This document shows positions 44,563-56,413 of a stretch of 64,000 nt of DNA, one piece after another; positions within the stretch are counted from its first letter, which is position 1; each line of letters starts with the position of its first letter. The DNA is from Perkinsela sp. CCAP 1560/9 (lineage: Eukaryota > Protista > Euglenozoa: Kinetoplastea). The notes under the pieces were generated by a model that did no database searches, had not been told where the DNA came from, and was given only the letters and a program-made list of their open reading frames with translations. Both the position numbers and the translations under genes were made by a program. The stretch lies in assembly GCA_965644495.1 (NCBI GenBank), contig CBFFSA010000010.1, forward strand, positions 434,001 through 498,000, in the 5' to 3' direction.

Positions 44563-44630
44563 GAGGGGCTGCGGGTATGATCTCGTGTGATCTCGCGTGA
44601 GCTCATATTGGGCCTCACCCGCAGCCCCTC
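44563..44630. mobile_element. 68-bp MITE with 14-bp TIRs (GAGGGGCTGCGGGT family)
   Basis: GAGGGGCTGCGGGT...ACCCGCAGCCCCTC, flanked by TTT on both sides. The same terminus occurs at 50381, 53377, 56414 (degenerate), 62306-62317 (reverse) and 63544. Confidence 0.8.
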
Positions 44631-45060
44631 TTTTGTTTTGCAAAGTAGATTTTTCTTTGAAAAATGTTTTCCGAAAAAATTCGAACTTGGCGGACCCATC
44701 CTGCGGATACCAGGGGGGGTCACCCCTTGGTAGGGGGGTGGAAAATGCGCGCCAAGACCTCGGACCCTTTTACAAAATTTTCATTTTTTGGGCGCAAAAA
44801 TGTTCAGCGAAAAAAACATTCTGCGCAAAAATGTTCAGCGCACAATGGAGACGAAGTATGCTCTTCACTATTTTTGACAAAGTACTTTTCTTCGCTATGA
44901 CAATGAGGACTGTGCTGGTTTTGACTGGTTTTGCCTTTCATAGGTTTCAACCCTCTATATATTATTTCACCCGTAAAATAAATTTAGAACTGCAAAATAC
45001 GCAACATTACGCATCTACAGCTATTCATTCAAACTTTTCGGTTACTAAAACCCCACCCCC

Positions 45061-48000
45061 ATGCACTCTACCCCTCCCCTCGCCTCCTTCTCTACCTTCA
45101 CCAGCGGGGTCGCGAGTCAGCTCTCGCATGCAATCCGGCACACTCCTTCTTCCACTGCCCCCCATACCGGGTCCTCTGGCATCCTCCCCACCCGGCCGGA
45201 TGCTCCCCACCTCCTCCCCTACGACCCCATAGGGGGCGCCGCGCACCGGGACTACGTCCGTGACCCCACCGGGCTCCCTCACTTCGCCCCGCGGCTGGTC
45301 ACCGAGGGCGGCCGTCTCGGTGCCCCCCACCATCTCGCTCCCCCCGAATCCGGTCTCCACCCCCATCCCACACGCATGGTAGATTTGTCCCACCAGTCTG
45401 CCTTCGCCGCACAGCAGCGTGAGCTCTCACGATCGATCTCTACCGCCCGGCCCTCGATGGATCACACCGCCTCCTCCCCCGGGCGTGCAATGGGGACAAC
45501 CCCGCTACCATTCTCCTCCCAGGGCGTACGCGCCTCGTTGGGGTCCCCCTCTCTTTCAAGCTCTTCCCCCTCTTCTCCCTTCTCTTCCCATTCTTCTCCC
45601 CCTACCGCAACTCCAGCCGCCCATCTCTCTCAATGGTTTCACGACCAACTCACCCACGCGGGGTTACCCCGTAGTAGTGGTGGTCATAGACAACCTCAGG
45701 ATTCCTTTAGGGGTCCCCACAACCCTATAAATTTGGGAGACGCAATGGCAAGTACAAATAAAGAAAGAACAGGAACCGCAACCCCTGGGAGTACAGGAGG
45801 GGTATCTCCTCAAAGAGGTGAAGCCTTAGGTTTGCCTTCTTCAAATTTGTCCAGTGCATCCTCTTCCTCAAGATTTGGAGGTTCACCCACTTCCCCGACC
45901 TCCTGGGATGTTTCCAGAACGGACCCTGGGGTGTTACGTCACCAAAGTGGTCCAAGCCTTGCGGCGTACCAAACCCGCAGCGCGCGGGAGGCCCAGGAGG
46001 CCTCGGACCGTCGCACGCTGTACCAGCTGCACGGGTTCCGAGACAAGGAGGAGTATGACTACCACGACGCCCAGCGCTACCGGAACCCCCCGTTCCAGGG
46101 GTACGATAAAAAAAGGGCAGAGGTCGGGAGAGCGTTTTACGGCTCCCCGGCGGTCGGGCCCCTAAGCCCGGCGCCTCCTCGAAAGGAGGCCGAGGCCAAC
46201 CTCGGGAGTTATTATCTCCCCAGCGTGGAGAATATCAAAGGAGCAGGGGGGGCACAAGAGAATTTGTTGTCTTCCCCAGATTCCGGGGTCCCGCTGCTGG
46301 GGGAGGACAGGACAAATTTTACGTTGCGCCAGCGTTCCGTGGCCGCGGATGCGGAGCGAAGGGCGGAGGAACAGCAAAAGGCCTCGGAGTTTGGCCTGGG
46401 GCGGCAGGGACCGCTGGTGCGGGATGGAGGCCCGGATCAGCGGACTTTTCGCCGTGGGCAAAATGATGAGCGGTACCTTACTGCGGCAAGTTACTACGCG
46501 AATGCCTACCGTGGGGGGATGTTTGGTGGGGACCCGGCCCATGCCAGCCCCTATGGTCGGCGGAAGAATATGGAAGTTCTGCTCCCGACCTCGTTTGACG
46601 TCGATCGACGCACGCGAAATATTGCGCTAGGGAAGAGTGATGTCACCGACGCCCAGCATACCTGGCTCGGGGTCCCGATCCGTACCCAAATTGATGACCG
46701 GGTAAGGTTAAAAAAGAACCAAAGTGGGGAACGTCCGATGGAATATTTTATGCCACATCCCGCACGACAACATCTTCAACTTTTTAATCTAAAGAGCGAC
46801 GTTATTGGGATGCCCGTACTTACACGTGGAAAACCTTCCCGGGAGGAGTGGGGATTGTTCGTGCGGTACCGCGAGCATGGCTACCAGCGCCGTCGACTTG
46901 CGCTGATTCACAACCTCGAGCCAAAGCGAAGCGAGACCATCCCCGAACGTGATGCGCGGCGGGCGAAACTCGACGCGTTGTGCGAGCGTACTAGTTTTGT
47001 AGACCCCAGGCGTACGGATCTCGAGCTGATTTCCGCGGAGCATCTCCGTGCGTGGTTTGGGGAAGTGCTCCCGCCGGATGAGGTATCAACTTCTGGGGAG
47101 GTTACGGTCAAAGAACCACTGCTGTCGATTTCATTTCTGAAAAACCGCATCGTACAGGCTGGTGACCACGGCAGTCAAGCGACTCAGACCTTTCTTAAGC
47201 CCCCACCGTGCCAGTTACGCTATGAACAACCTCCAGAGCTTCTACGCCACCTCAGTGCGGAGCAGCGAGAGCGATACAACGAGTACGTTGCCCTGGAAAC
47301 AGTGGAACACGAGAAGAAGTGGACCTCCATTCTCGAACAACGCAAGTTCATCCCCTCCTTACGTTGTTTCGCACGAAAAGACCCGGACGTGGTGAGCACG
47401 AGCGCCGCCGCGGCAACGCATCCTGGACATATCCACGTGATTTTAGAAAACGGTAAAAAAGCGCACCTTCCGACATCGGAATGGGACCACGCCCCACTGG
47501 AACACACCCCTCCAGACCCCAACCTCCACCTCAACTGGGGCACCAACACCCTCCCCTGCAACGTTCTCAACTACGTCGAGACCCAGGACTACCTCTGGGA
47601 ACAGCGCGTGTACGCCGGGGTCGAGAGCTGGAGCTACGCCACCCCCCGCGACGGCCTCACCCGCGGGCACGTGGTCTGTGTCCCCCGCTCCCTCGGCCAC
47701 GGCCGTGTCGGTCCCCCCGAGCGCGCCGTCGTCACCCAGTTCCCTCAGGAACCCTATTTCAACCCCCCCTCCTGCCCCACCCTCTCCGTGGTCTACCTCC
47801 GCGACGGGGCCCCCGACACCCCCCCCCTCGACCGCGTCCAACTCTGGCAACTCACCCCCGACTTCCCCGAGCGTGTCGTCCCCGAGGAGACCCTTCGCCA
47901 CTCCGGGGGTCTCAAGCGCTACCTCGACGTGCGGGACCCCAAAGCCTCCCTCCGCGCAAAGCCCCACGCCCTCGACCCTCTCGCCCCCCCACCCCACCGT

Positions 48001-48576
48001 CACCCCCTGCAGAGTCTGAAGCAACTCGCGGAGCTCGACGGCTGGTACCGCTGGGACAACCTGCGGGCCGACAACTACCGTCGGCTCACCGCGAACGACC
48101 GAAAGGACTACCTGTTGCTGAATTACTTCCCTAAGTACACCCCGTGGGACTTTGTGTGCCACCAGGAGGACGACCAGCCCCTGCTGTTCCCCCGGGACGG
48201 GCATTACCTCCGCGACCGTCTCGGCCCGAGTGCGTTCACGGAGAGGGGCCGGTTCTGGACCCACAAGCGGCGACCCGTCGGGGTGATTCGAAACGCCCCG
48301 GAGGAGATCCGGGATTTTGTCACCACCGTGGATGGGAAAGTCCCGTGGGGGGGGAAGGCGGAGAGGGTGGAGCGGCTGTGGGAGGTGCGGCGGCACCACC
48401 CGCTGGCCCTGTTCCACGGCACCGCGCTGGCGCCCCACCGGAACGTGCTCGCGCAGTTGCCGAGTAAGACGTTTGAGGTGGACCGGAAGAGTGGACGGGT
48501 GACGGGGGTGAGGAGTGATGTGAGGGAGTATGTGGCGAGTGGGGGGGGTGGGGGAGGGGGGGACGGGGGGGTGTAG
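45061..48576 (+). CDS. Hypothetical protein, 1171 aa, with a low-complexity S/P-rich N-terminus (true start uncertain)
   Basis: Long uninterrupted ORF with the same GC-rich style as Prp43 and TMEM184. No domain recognised with confidence. Confidence 0.82.
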   Translation: MHSTPPLASFSTFTSGVASQLSHAIRHTPSSTAPHTGSSGILPTRPDAPHLLPYDPIGGAAHRDYVRDPTGLPHFAPRLVTEGGRLGAPHHLAPPESGLHPHPTRMVDLSHQSAFAAQQRELSRSISTARPSMDHTASSPGRAMGTTPLPFSSQGVRASLGSPSLSSSSPSSPFSSHSSPPTATPAAHLSQWFHDQLTHAGLPRSSGGHRQPQDSFRGPHNPINLGDAMASTNKERTGTATPGSTGGVSPQRGEALGLPSSNLSSASSSSRFGGSPTSPTSWDVSRTDPGVLRHQSGPSLAAYQTRSAREAQEASDRRTLYQLHGFRDKEEYDYHDAQRYRNPPFQGYDKKRAEVGRAFYGSPAVGPLSPAPPRKEAEANLGSYYLPSVENIKGAGGAQENLLSSPDSGVPLLGEDRTNFTLRQRSVAADAERRAEEQQKASEFGLGRQGPLVRDGGPDQRTFRRGQNDERYLTAASYYANAYRGGMFGGDPAHASPYGRRKNMEVLLPTSFDVDRRTRNIALGKSDVTDAQHTWLGVPIRTQIDDRVRLKKNQSGERPMEYFMPHPARQHLQLFNLKSDVIGMPVLTRGKPSREEWGLFVRYREHGYQRRRLALIHNLEPKRSETIPERDARRAKLDALCERTSFVDPRRTDLELISAEHLRAWFGEVLPPDEVSTSGEVTVKEPLLSISFLKNRIVQAGDHGSQATQTFLKPPPCQLRYEQPPELLRHLSAEQRERYNEYVALETVEHEKKWTSILEQRKFIPSLRCFARKDPDVVSTSAAAATHPGHIHVILENGKKAHLPTSEWDHAPLEHTPPDPNLHLNWGTNTLPCNVLNYVETQDYLWEQRVYAGVESWSYATPRDGLTRGHVVCVPRSLGHGRVGPPERAVVTQFPQEPYFNPPSCPTLSVVYLRDGAPDTPPLDRVQLWQLTPDFPERVVPEETLRHSGGLKRYLDVRDPKASLRAKPHALDPLAPPPHRHPLQSLKQLAELDGWYRWDNLRADNYRRLTANDRKDYLLLNYFPKYTPWDFVCHQEDDQPLLFPRDGHYLRDRLGPSAFTERGRFWTHKRRPVGVIRNAPEEIRDFVTTVDGKVPWGGKAERVERLWEVRRHHPLALFHGTALAPHRNVLAQLPSKTFEVDRKSGRVTGVRSDVREYVASGGGGGGGDGGV

Positions 48577-48760
48577 GGGGGGACAGGAGATGGCACGGAC
48601 CTTTGTACGCGTGCTGCATAGGTGGGTTGGTGTGTGGTGTAAAAATGGAGGAGGTACAGATGTAGATTGTGTATAGAGCGTGTTGTAACAGGTGCAATGC
48701 GTGTAGTGATGTCAATGAATGTGAATTCAGGTATTGGGGTAGGAATACATTCTTTTATTA

Positions 48761-49084
48761 CTGTACCCCCCCTAGTTATCTGTCACCCCCCCATCCCCCT
48801 AGTTATCTATCGCTTTTCGGCCCTTCGAATATATTTTTTTCGTCGCCCCCCCCCACTTATCTGTCGCCTTTCTAAACAAAATGAAAAATTCATAAAATTT
48901 TGAAAACTTCAATTTTTCTTCTGTTCTGCTTATAGGCTAATGGTTTTGCGTTGAGTTCTACGGCCAAAATTGGAAAACAGAAGTCGGAGCTCGTTATCCC
49001 CTCCGTCATCCCCTTCATCATTCCCTTCAACATCCCCATCATTGTCCCCTTGTTCCCCAGCGACAGATAACTAGGGGGGTACAG
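48761..49084. mobile_element. 324-bp MITE with TA TSD
   Basis: TA|CTGTACCCCCCCTAGTTATCTGTC ... GACAGATAACTAGGGGGGTACAG|TA. A solo end of the same family lies at about 16812-16834. Confidence 0.9.
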
Positions 49085-49096
49085 TACTCTTTATTT

Positions 49097-50139
49097 TTAG
49101 TAAAGTAACTGCAGTCAGACCGGAAATGTTGATGTGATCGCATGCAGTTCTTTAAACCTCCGGGGAAATTTCTCGTTCAACGGTTTACCCCGTACCATTT
49201 GAAGTCTTAGTGTTGGGTTTAACGCGTTATCAGGTGAAGTAGAACTGGAAAACCTCCCCGAGAATATGACGAATGTTTTTGCCTCCTACAATGAGTTTTA
49301 TGGAGGACGCGAAATGCGATACCTCCCAAGGACCATGACTGATATCTACTTTTCAATGAATAAGCTACAAGGTCGTGTAGACCTCTCGTCTCTTCCTCCC
49401 AACATTATACAGATTGATATTTAAAGGTGTGTTAAATTGGCAATATATCCCGTCAACCATTGAAGATTTTCTTGCCCGGGTAATCAATTTTCCGGTCATC
49501 TACCATTCGAAGTTCTTCCGTCGACGTTGCGGAATTTCTGTGTTGGGCGGAATGAATTAACAGGAACACCTAATTTTTGTACTCTATCAAGACTCTATGG
49601 CATTCCCATAAACGATAACTTGTTTACAGGACACGCGGACTTTGATCTCTTACCTGTGTGATTAAAGAAATAACGCCCTATTACACGAACGACGAACAGT
49701 GCACCCGAAAACGTACCTCCTCGTATTCGAAATTGGAGCACGAGGTGGTCTGGTAGCCTCCTCAGCGGATATTAATCGGTTGTTTGGAGGGGACGAAGAT
49801 TTGGGGGCTAAATGTCGGGCGTCACTCTCCCGAGCTGCTATCCGTTCCAGCTTCTTATTATGGCATAAGCGTGATTCCCCGCAATGGAGCGATGCAGAGA
49901 CACTGTCCGCATAAGGGATGCACCTAACAGCGTCATATGCGCAAGTTAGTTACATCCTCAAAAAACTCTATCTTAAAAGATATGATATCATCATCATGCG
50001 CAGTTCAACGCTGGTCTTGAAGGCACATTGGATTTGAATCGCGGTCCAAGTGACTTGTTCTATGATGTTAGGGGAACAGGAATCACAGTGAGTAACGGCG
50101 AGCCATTATTTTGTCAGGGGCTCGTATAACCCTACAGGT
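49097..50139 (+). pseudogene. Chimeric LRR pseudogene: 3' part of gene 41433 fused to 3' part of gene 42378
   Basis: 49097-49422 matches ~41647-41952, and 49423-50139 matches ~42630-43027. Contains stops and frameshifts. Confidence 0.9.
49672..49996 (+). mobile_element. 5'-truncated relative of the 33.6-kb retroelement, inserted in the chimeric LRR
   Basis: YLLVFEIGARG...LFGG...KCR...QWS here versus FLLAIEVGARG...LFGG...RCR...QWS. The 3' end is AAAAGATA plus TGATATCATCATCA. No TSD, and ~4 nt of target deleted. Confidence 0.88.
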
Positions 50140-50380
50140 AAAGTTATTGTACAATGGGCAATGGTACAGTATCCGTGTATTTCAGGATTGATACTAGTAG
50201 TATATCCGTATATTTAAGGACCCGTATGTTTTAGGAGGCGTGTCACGTCTCCAAGAAGGGGTATCTTGTGAAAACAAGTTTAAATTAAAGCAAAATTCGC
50301 ATTTTTCAAAACCTTCAATTTTTATAATGTTTTAAATAGAAAAATCAACTTTTGGCTTCTAGCTTCCAACTTAAATACGT

Positions 50381-51075
50381 GAGGGGCTGCGGGTCGCGGG
50401 TTCGGTGCGGGTTCGGCGCGGGTTGAAAAAAAATCCTCTGAAAGCATGCGAAATTAGTCGGAGCTGCAGACATTGAAGGAGAAAAATAGTTAGATCGAAG
50501 GAGAAATCATAATGTGCGACATACATAGTGTACATAATATACGATAATAACAAAAATTTATAAGCCATGTATACGATATGACTACGTAGTTTACATTTCG
50601 CAATTCATGGAAAACGACTAGCTACTTAATTTTATTTAGTTTTTGATCCATGCTGTGGTTTCTTGGGAACATATCCCACATCGTATATGTGTTCTTTGAG
50701 CCAATCCATCCTTTCATCAATCGGTTTGACTAAACCACACCCTTTGCTACACCAACAAAAAGATGAGTCATCGATATTTTGCAAGTGTATATTTATTTCA
50801 CTATCAAAGTCGTATTGGGGTTCTGATGCAAGCAAACCATACACTGCAACAGATACAATCTGAACGGCATCCTTTACCCACGTAATATCGTGGTCCGTTC
50901 CATGAAAAAAACGAAATTTTTCGAAACGAGCGAAACAACGCTCGATTCTTGAACGAATCCAAGAATGCATGCGGTTGAACCGATCCTGGTGTTCATCAAG
51001 GCAACCTTTGTGTGGTGTCTTGAATGGAACAAAACAGTGGTTGCAACTCACGTATCCTAGCTCCGCCAAAAACAT
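50381..51075 (-). mobile_element. PIF/Harbinger/ISL2EU-like (DDE_Tnp_4) transposase 3' fragment with TIR
   Basis: LAELGY, VPFKTP and FNRMHSWIRSRIERCF. TIR GAGGGGCTGCGGGT at 50381. Confidence 0.8.
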
Positions 51076-51757
51076 TTCATCTTCATGATGGTCAAAAAGA
51101 AATATTCCCTCAGGTCATCCTCAGGAGTGCTGGGAGGGTCATCCCTCGGGTTAATTGTTTTCCCAGGAATACTGGGAAAAGTAAGAATTTCCCTTTTTTG
51201 GTCAGGAGGAGAGGGGCACTTAATGCCTGCCTCCTTCATGTTAATCTTAGCAACATGGGCTTGGTCTTAGCAACATGGGCGTTGGTAGTACCTTCTCAGG
51301 ATAATAGCAACGCCACGTTTTCTCAGCCTCGAAATGATGAATATAACAAAAAAAGAGAAAGAGAAAGAGGTCAGACTGGCATCAATTCAGGCAAGCAAGC
51401 TCCATTTCCGAGGCTGAAAAAACGTGGCGTTGTTATTATCCTGAGAAGGTATTACCAACGCCGGCATTTTTGCATGCCTCTACTACGCATATCATTTCAT
51501 TCTTGTTTACATCCAAGGGTGCGTGATGTACGTGTACGATAGTTTTGTCGGATATGCATCTGAGTCATATCATGACAACATCATAAAATTCAAAGAGCGT
51601 ATGAGCAAGCATCTCAACGTGCCCCCCGAAGCTTATGAGATAAGAAAAGTGGCAAGTCCTATATCAATAGGATATATCAATAGGCGATGCTATATCAATG
51701 TTACTGGGCAATACGTACTACTACGTTTAATTACTTCTAAATTAAGCAATTCAAAGT

Positions 51758-51888
<131 letters not shown>

Positions 51889-51945
51889 ATACGAGTAGTA
51901 GTAGTACACTACGAGTACGAGAAAGGTAGAAAAACTACTCATACG

Positions 51946-51965
51946 ATAAAGATACCGTTTCTGTA
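51946..51965 (+). ncRNA. Isolated SL core remnant
   Basis: ATAAAGATACCGTTTCTGTA, 19/20 identical to 33582-33601. Confidence 0.6.
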
Positions 51966-52410
51966 AAGCCAACATTATCCGAACGCTTTGGAGATTCCTA
52001 AAATAATGAAAAATGTTTGGGACCTTTGTAAAAAATATCAACATCAAAATTTATTTTTAGCGAGTGCATGCGAGTACGTACTCGTGTACGTACTCGCATC
52101 TGCTCCGCAAATCGTACGTACACTCCGTACTCACTAAGGTATGGACTAGTGACCCAAAGAAACACTTGTTGAATTACTTTCACAAGCACGCCCCTTGGGA
52201 TTTTATTTTTTATAAAATCATTTTATAGCTCATAAAGGAGATGACCAGCCTTTGTTAGTTTAATGTATAGAATTTGTTAGAACAGATGAAATGCATGGAA
52301 TGCTGGTAAGAGTTATATTTGATTCATGCGCAAGTAAAACATTTTCGTCACTTTTTGAATATATTTTTCTTGAAAAAGAACAGTAACAGACTATTATTTA
52401 TTGAGTAATA

Positions 52411-53247
52411 ATGCCATCTCTAAAACTTAGAAACGTTACACCTGCGGATTCAACCCCTCCTCGCACACGTCCGGGTAAAGTGAGAAAAGCCGTGCTCTCA
52501 CAGGATATCCAGATGGCACAATTTATTGAGCATATGACCCCCACGATAGCGATAACCATGAATGAAACACAGGCATGTACGTGGACAGGTGTCACTTGCA
52601 ATTCCGACGATGAAGTCACAAACATCAATTGGTCCGCTAGACAATTAACGGGAAATCTCACGTGGGGCGGGTTACCTTACACCGTGTGTACAGTTCGTGT
52701 CCGAGACAATGAGCTTAGTGGAGCGGTTCCCGTTCAAGTACTTCCTCCAAAAATATGTTTCTTGAATATTCAAAGTAACCCATTCTTCGGACCATTTGAC
52801 GCCACATCTCTGCCTCACGCATCGGAGGAGATTTGGTCATCGAGCACAAAGTTTTCCGGGGTGCTTGATTTGACGTCGCTTCCTCCTCTATTAAAAGTGC
52901 TTTCTTTGTCGTATAACAATTTCTCAGGAAACCTGGATTTGACGAAGTTGCCCGAGACACTCGTCAATCTCTTCCTTCACAGAAATCAATTTGTTGGGAA
53001 TATAAACTTGTCATGTCTTCCGATGAAACTTGAAAGTTTGTACTTGTCTCGAAATAAACTCGATGGTGAGATAGATCTCCGCAATCTTCCACCTTCCATG
53101 CATAAACTCAATCTTAGTCGCAACGCTTTTACGGGCAGAGTGGGTTTTGATGCCTTACCTCCCACAATGACGGTCATGGACTTAAGTGCAAATGGAGGCA
53201 ATTTGGAAGTCAGCCCTTTGACCATGTCAAAGTGTGTTAAAATGTAG
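52411..53247 (+). CDS. 23-aa LRR family protein (LSQDIQM subfamily)
   Basis: PADS..RTRPGKVRKAVLSQDIQM motif, ACTWTGVTC cap and about 8 LRRs. Confidence 0.93.
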   Translation: MPSLKLRNVTPADSTPPRTRPGKVRKAVLSQDIQMAQFIEHMTPTIAITMNETQACTWTGVTCNSDDEVTNINWSARQLTGNLTWGGLPYTVCTVRVRDNELSGAVPVQVLPPKICFLNIQSNPFFGPFDATSLPHASEEIWSSSTKFSGVLDLTSLPPLLKVLSLSYNNFSGNLDLTKLPETLVNLFLHRNQFVGNINLSCLPMKLESLYLSRNKLDGEIDLRNLPPSMHKLNLSRNAFTGRVGFDALPPTMTVMDLSANGGNLEVSPLTMSKCVKM

Positions 53248-53376
53248 CTCGGCAAATCCAGGAATTACCTATCGGTTCGTCGAAAGCTTACGGAGACTTC
53301 AAATGTGTGTACGATGGTGTCCTTCACTTAAACACAGGAATAATGTATTCTTGACTGAGACTTTTATTATAAAAGT

Positions 53377-54420
53377 GAGGGGCTGCGGGTGCTGTGTCAG
53401 CACGGTTTCGCGCGGTTTCGGTACAGTTTCGCACGGTTTCGCCGCGGTTTCGCGCGGTTTCGGAGAGATCCGAACGCCTTCTCTACATAAAGGTGGGATG
53501 TATCGGTGCGGCCTCAGTGCGGTCTCGTTTGGTGTGGTGCGGCCTCAGTGCGGTCTCGGCCAAACTTCCTTGCGTCATATTTCAACAATTGCGTAGAAAA
53601 AATCTGAGTTAAGATTGTATTGGATCAAAGGATAATCAAAAGCAAATATGTGTACATTTTTTATGTTCTAACCAAGATTCATACCTTTTTTATGAAATAT
53701 CGGTAGTGCGGTAATCTAGAAAACGTGAACATTATGACTTGGCGCACTTACCCGGTTTTTTAGGGTCGTACGCCACGTTATGGATATGCTCCTTAAGCCA
53801 GTCTCTGCGGGCTTTTGTGATGAGACAATTCGATCAGAGGTTTGAATGCTTTCCGCCCGGTAGTATGTGCCGGATGGAGTCTCGGAACGTCCTGGCGCTT
53901 CTACGACAGAACGCTCCTCCTGTGAACGGATGTTAGTGTTTTTCCGCTGGAGACGCCAGTTTGCACAACAACGCGAGCGTTTTCCGGAAACAGAACGCCA
54001 AAGACTTTCCACAAAGTCAGCAACTTCGCTTGAACGCCGCGGAGCAAACAAAGGGTTTTGTTCAAGGAACGACCCAAGATCTTGACCTGCCTCTTCCACA
54101 AAGTAGATCGCGCGCGATCGAACATCTTGCAAAAGATGTCCACGGCGATCAATGATGTGGAGAAGTGCGCGCTCTAGGAGCTTTGGCGTGACTTCGATTC
54201 CACACACAGTACGTCCTCCGTGCAAAAAAGAATCCATAGTTCGTTGTTACACGATCCAAGATTTCTTCGATCTTAGCACCGAGCTCCTCCTCAGTGATTG
54301 TAAGCGCAGGAGGTGTGAACACAGACACTCGTTTCGTATAATTTCTCTTTGTTGAAGCCAGTATAGCCTTGTAGATGGCTTCTTCTGTTTCACTCGCCGG
54401 TGGCCAGAGCACACACTTCC
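53377..54420 (-). mobile_element. GAGGGGCTGCGGGT-family element end with 11-bp subterminal repeats and a frameshifted orphan ORF (53716-54412)
   Basis: CGCGGTTTCG-like array at 53401-53462. ORF homologues at 16.9-17.2 kb and 56.9-57.3 kb. Confidence 0.7.
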
Positions 54421-55323
54421 GACAGGGCCCGATGTCTCTCTCACCTTATGTTGCCTATGGGAGTAGCCACCCGGAAGGGCAATGCCCAGATAGTTTAAGC
54501 GGCGGTACAGGATTGGTACCGTCGCGGGGTGCGCTAACTGGGGTAGGAGCGGGGGGTGAAAATATAATATAATATACGTCTTTTTTTAGGCTTCATTTTA
54601 GAATATTGTACCGCTTACAATGATTTCAGAATTACTAGAAGCAAAGGGGGCTCAATTATTGCTAACATTCGAATATAGTTAACTATAAGTGAATTTCTTC
54701 TTTTTCGTGTAAAATTTAAATTAGCTTGTTCCCCGTGGTCAGGTTTCTTAGCGTCCCGAAAAAGGAACATGATGTGCTTAACTATACATATGTGGAAACT
54801 ATACTTAACTATACGTATGTGGAACAATATCATTGAAGCAATAGACTTTCAGTCACTGGATGGTGGTACTTTCCAGACAAACTAAATACAAAGAAGTTTT
54901 TCAAAACGTCGACAGGACACGTAAATGGTATTTCACCCAACATCGTACTTCAATTCCCATAACTCAGTTTTGGACAAAACTGTATGGCAATGATTGGCAA
55001 TTCAAAACTACGTAGTACCCTAAAGAGGTGTCATTGGAGAGTCATTAGTCACTCCAGCGAATGCTCGTGACCGTCGGCGGTTGGCAGGGTTTGCCAGTGA
55101 CTTTCAGCGACACTCAGTGACTGCCCACATACCCCCCATTGTTAACAGTATTCGAACTTTCGTTGCACCTCGTACAATGTTGCTATTGCGGGGTAAAAGT
55201 TCGATTATTGTTAGCCTTCGATTATTGTTTGCAAAACAATTGTTGATAGCTCGAAACAATTGTTAACGATAAACAAAACCTTCCTTTACGTAGAATGCTT
55301 ATGTTTCTTGTATATTCCTTTAC

Positions 55324-56175
55324 ATGACTTTCTATCTAAAATTCCTCATCTGTTTGAGACTTGCAACGGCGGATTCAACCCACACGCGAACACGGCTCGG
55401 CAAGGTGCGAGGGGCCGTACTCTCACAAGATATCCAAATGGCGCAATTGGTCGCAAGACTCGAGCCACAATCGATGATCAATATGAAGAATGAAACGCAG
55501 GCATGTACGTGGGCCGGTGTCACTTGTAATTCCGCCGATGAAGTCACAAGCATCAATTGGAAATATAAAGGATTGAAAGGAAACCTCACTTGGGGCAGTC
55601 TGCCGCACACCGTGTGTACTCTTTGTGTCTCTCAGAATGGCCTTGGTGGTACTGTTCCCGTTCATTTATTTCCTCCCAAATTATCTCACTTATATATTCA
55701 AAATAACATATTCTTCGGACCATTTGACACCACATCTCTGCCTCATGCATTAGTGGAGATTTGGTCATCGGGCACGAAGTTTTCCGGGGTGCTTGATTTG
55801 ACGTTGCTTCCTCCGTTACTAAAAATGCTTTCTTTGTCGTACAACGGTTTCTCAGGGAATCTGGACTTGACGAAGTTGCCCGAGACACTCGTCCTGCTTT
55901 TTCTTGATGCAAATCATTTTTCTGGTCATGTTGACTTGGCCTACCTCCCGAAGAGACTTCAAAAGTTGCGCTTGTCTAACAATAAACTCAATGGTGCGTT
56001 GGATTTCCGCAGTCTTCCACCTTCATTGCATACACTCGATCTGGCGCATAACGCCTTTACGGGCAAAGTCTCGTTTGATGCATTACCTCCCACAATAGTG
56101 GCCTTGTACTTCAGTGGAAATGCATGCGTTTTAGAAGGGAAGTCTTCGATTGTTCCAAAGTATGTGAGAATGTAG
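55324..56175 (+). CDS. LRR family protein, duplicate copy A
   Basis: Part of a ~1.25-kb duplication, 55123-56377 / 59226-60481. Confidence 0.94.
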   Translation: MTFYLKFLICLRLATADSTHTRTRLGKVRGAVLSQDIQMAQLVARLEPQSMINMKNETQACTWAGVTCNSADEVTSINWKYKGLKGNLTWGSLPHTVCTLCVSQNGLGGTVPVHLFPPKLSHLYIQNNIFFGPFDTTSLPHALVEIWSSGTKFSGVLDLTLLPPLLKMLSLSYNGFSGNLDLTKLPETLVLLFLDANHFSGHVDLAYLPKRLQKLRLSNNKLNGALDFRSLPPSLHTLDLAHNAFTGKVSFDALPPTIVALYFSGNACVLEGKSSIVPKYVRM

Positions 56176-56413
56176 GTAGTGGAAAAGGAATTTTTATGAC
56201 ATGGGAATCGCCCATATTTGCCCGTACTTCCCACACACACAGTATACACACACACCATGCTGTAAAAATTGTACCCCCCTTTTTAACCTAAACAAGATTT
56301 ATTCGAATTTTGTATTTGATTGAATACATCAATCTTATGTTCATCGCGGAGTTTTCCTATGCACAACGAACGAATTGCTCACATGATATTCCTATTACAC
56401 GGGCGTTATAAAT

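Noticed and set aside
47443-48438. 331-aa antisense ORF and other long overlapping ORFs in GC-rich genes
   Set aside because: These are shadow ORFs caused by codon bias of the + strand genes and carry no recognisable motifs.
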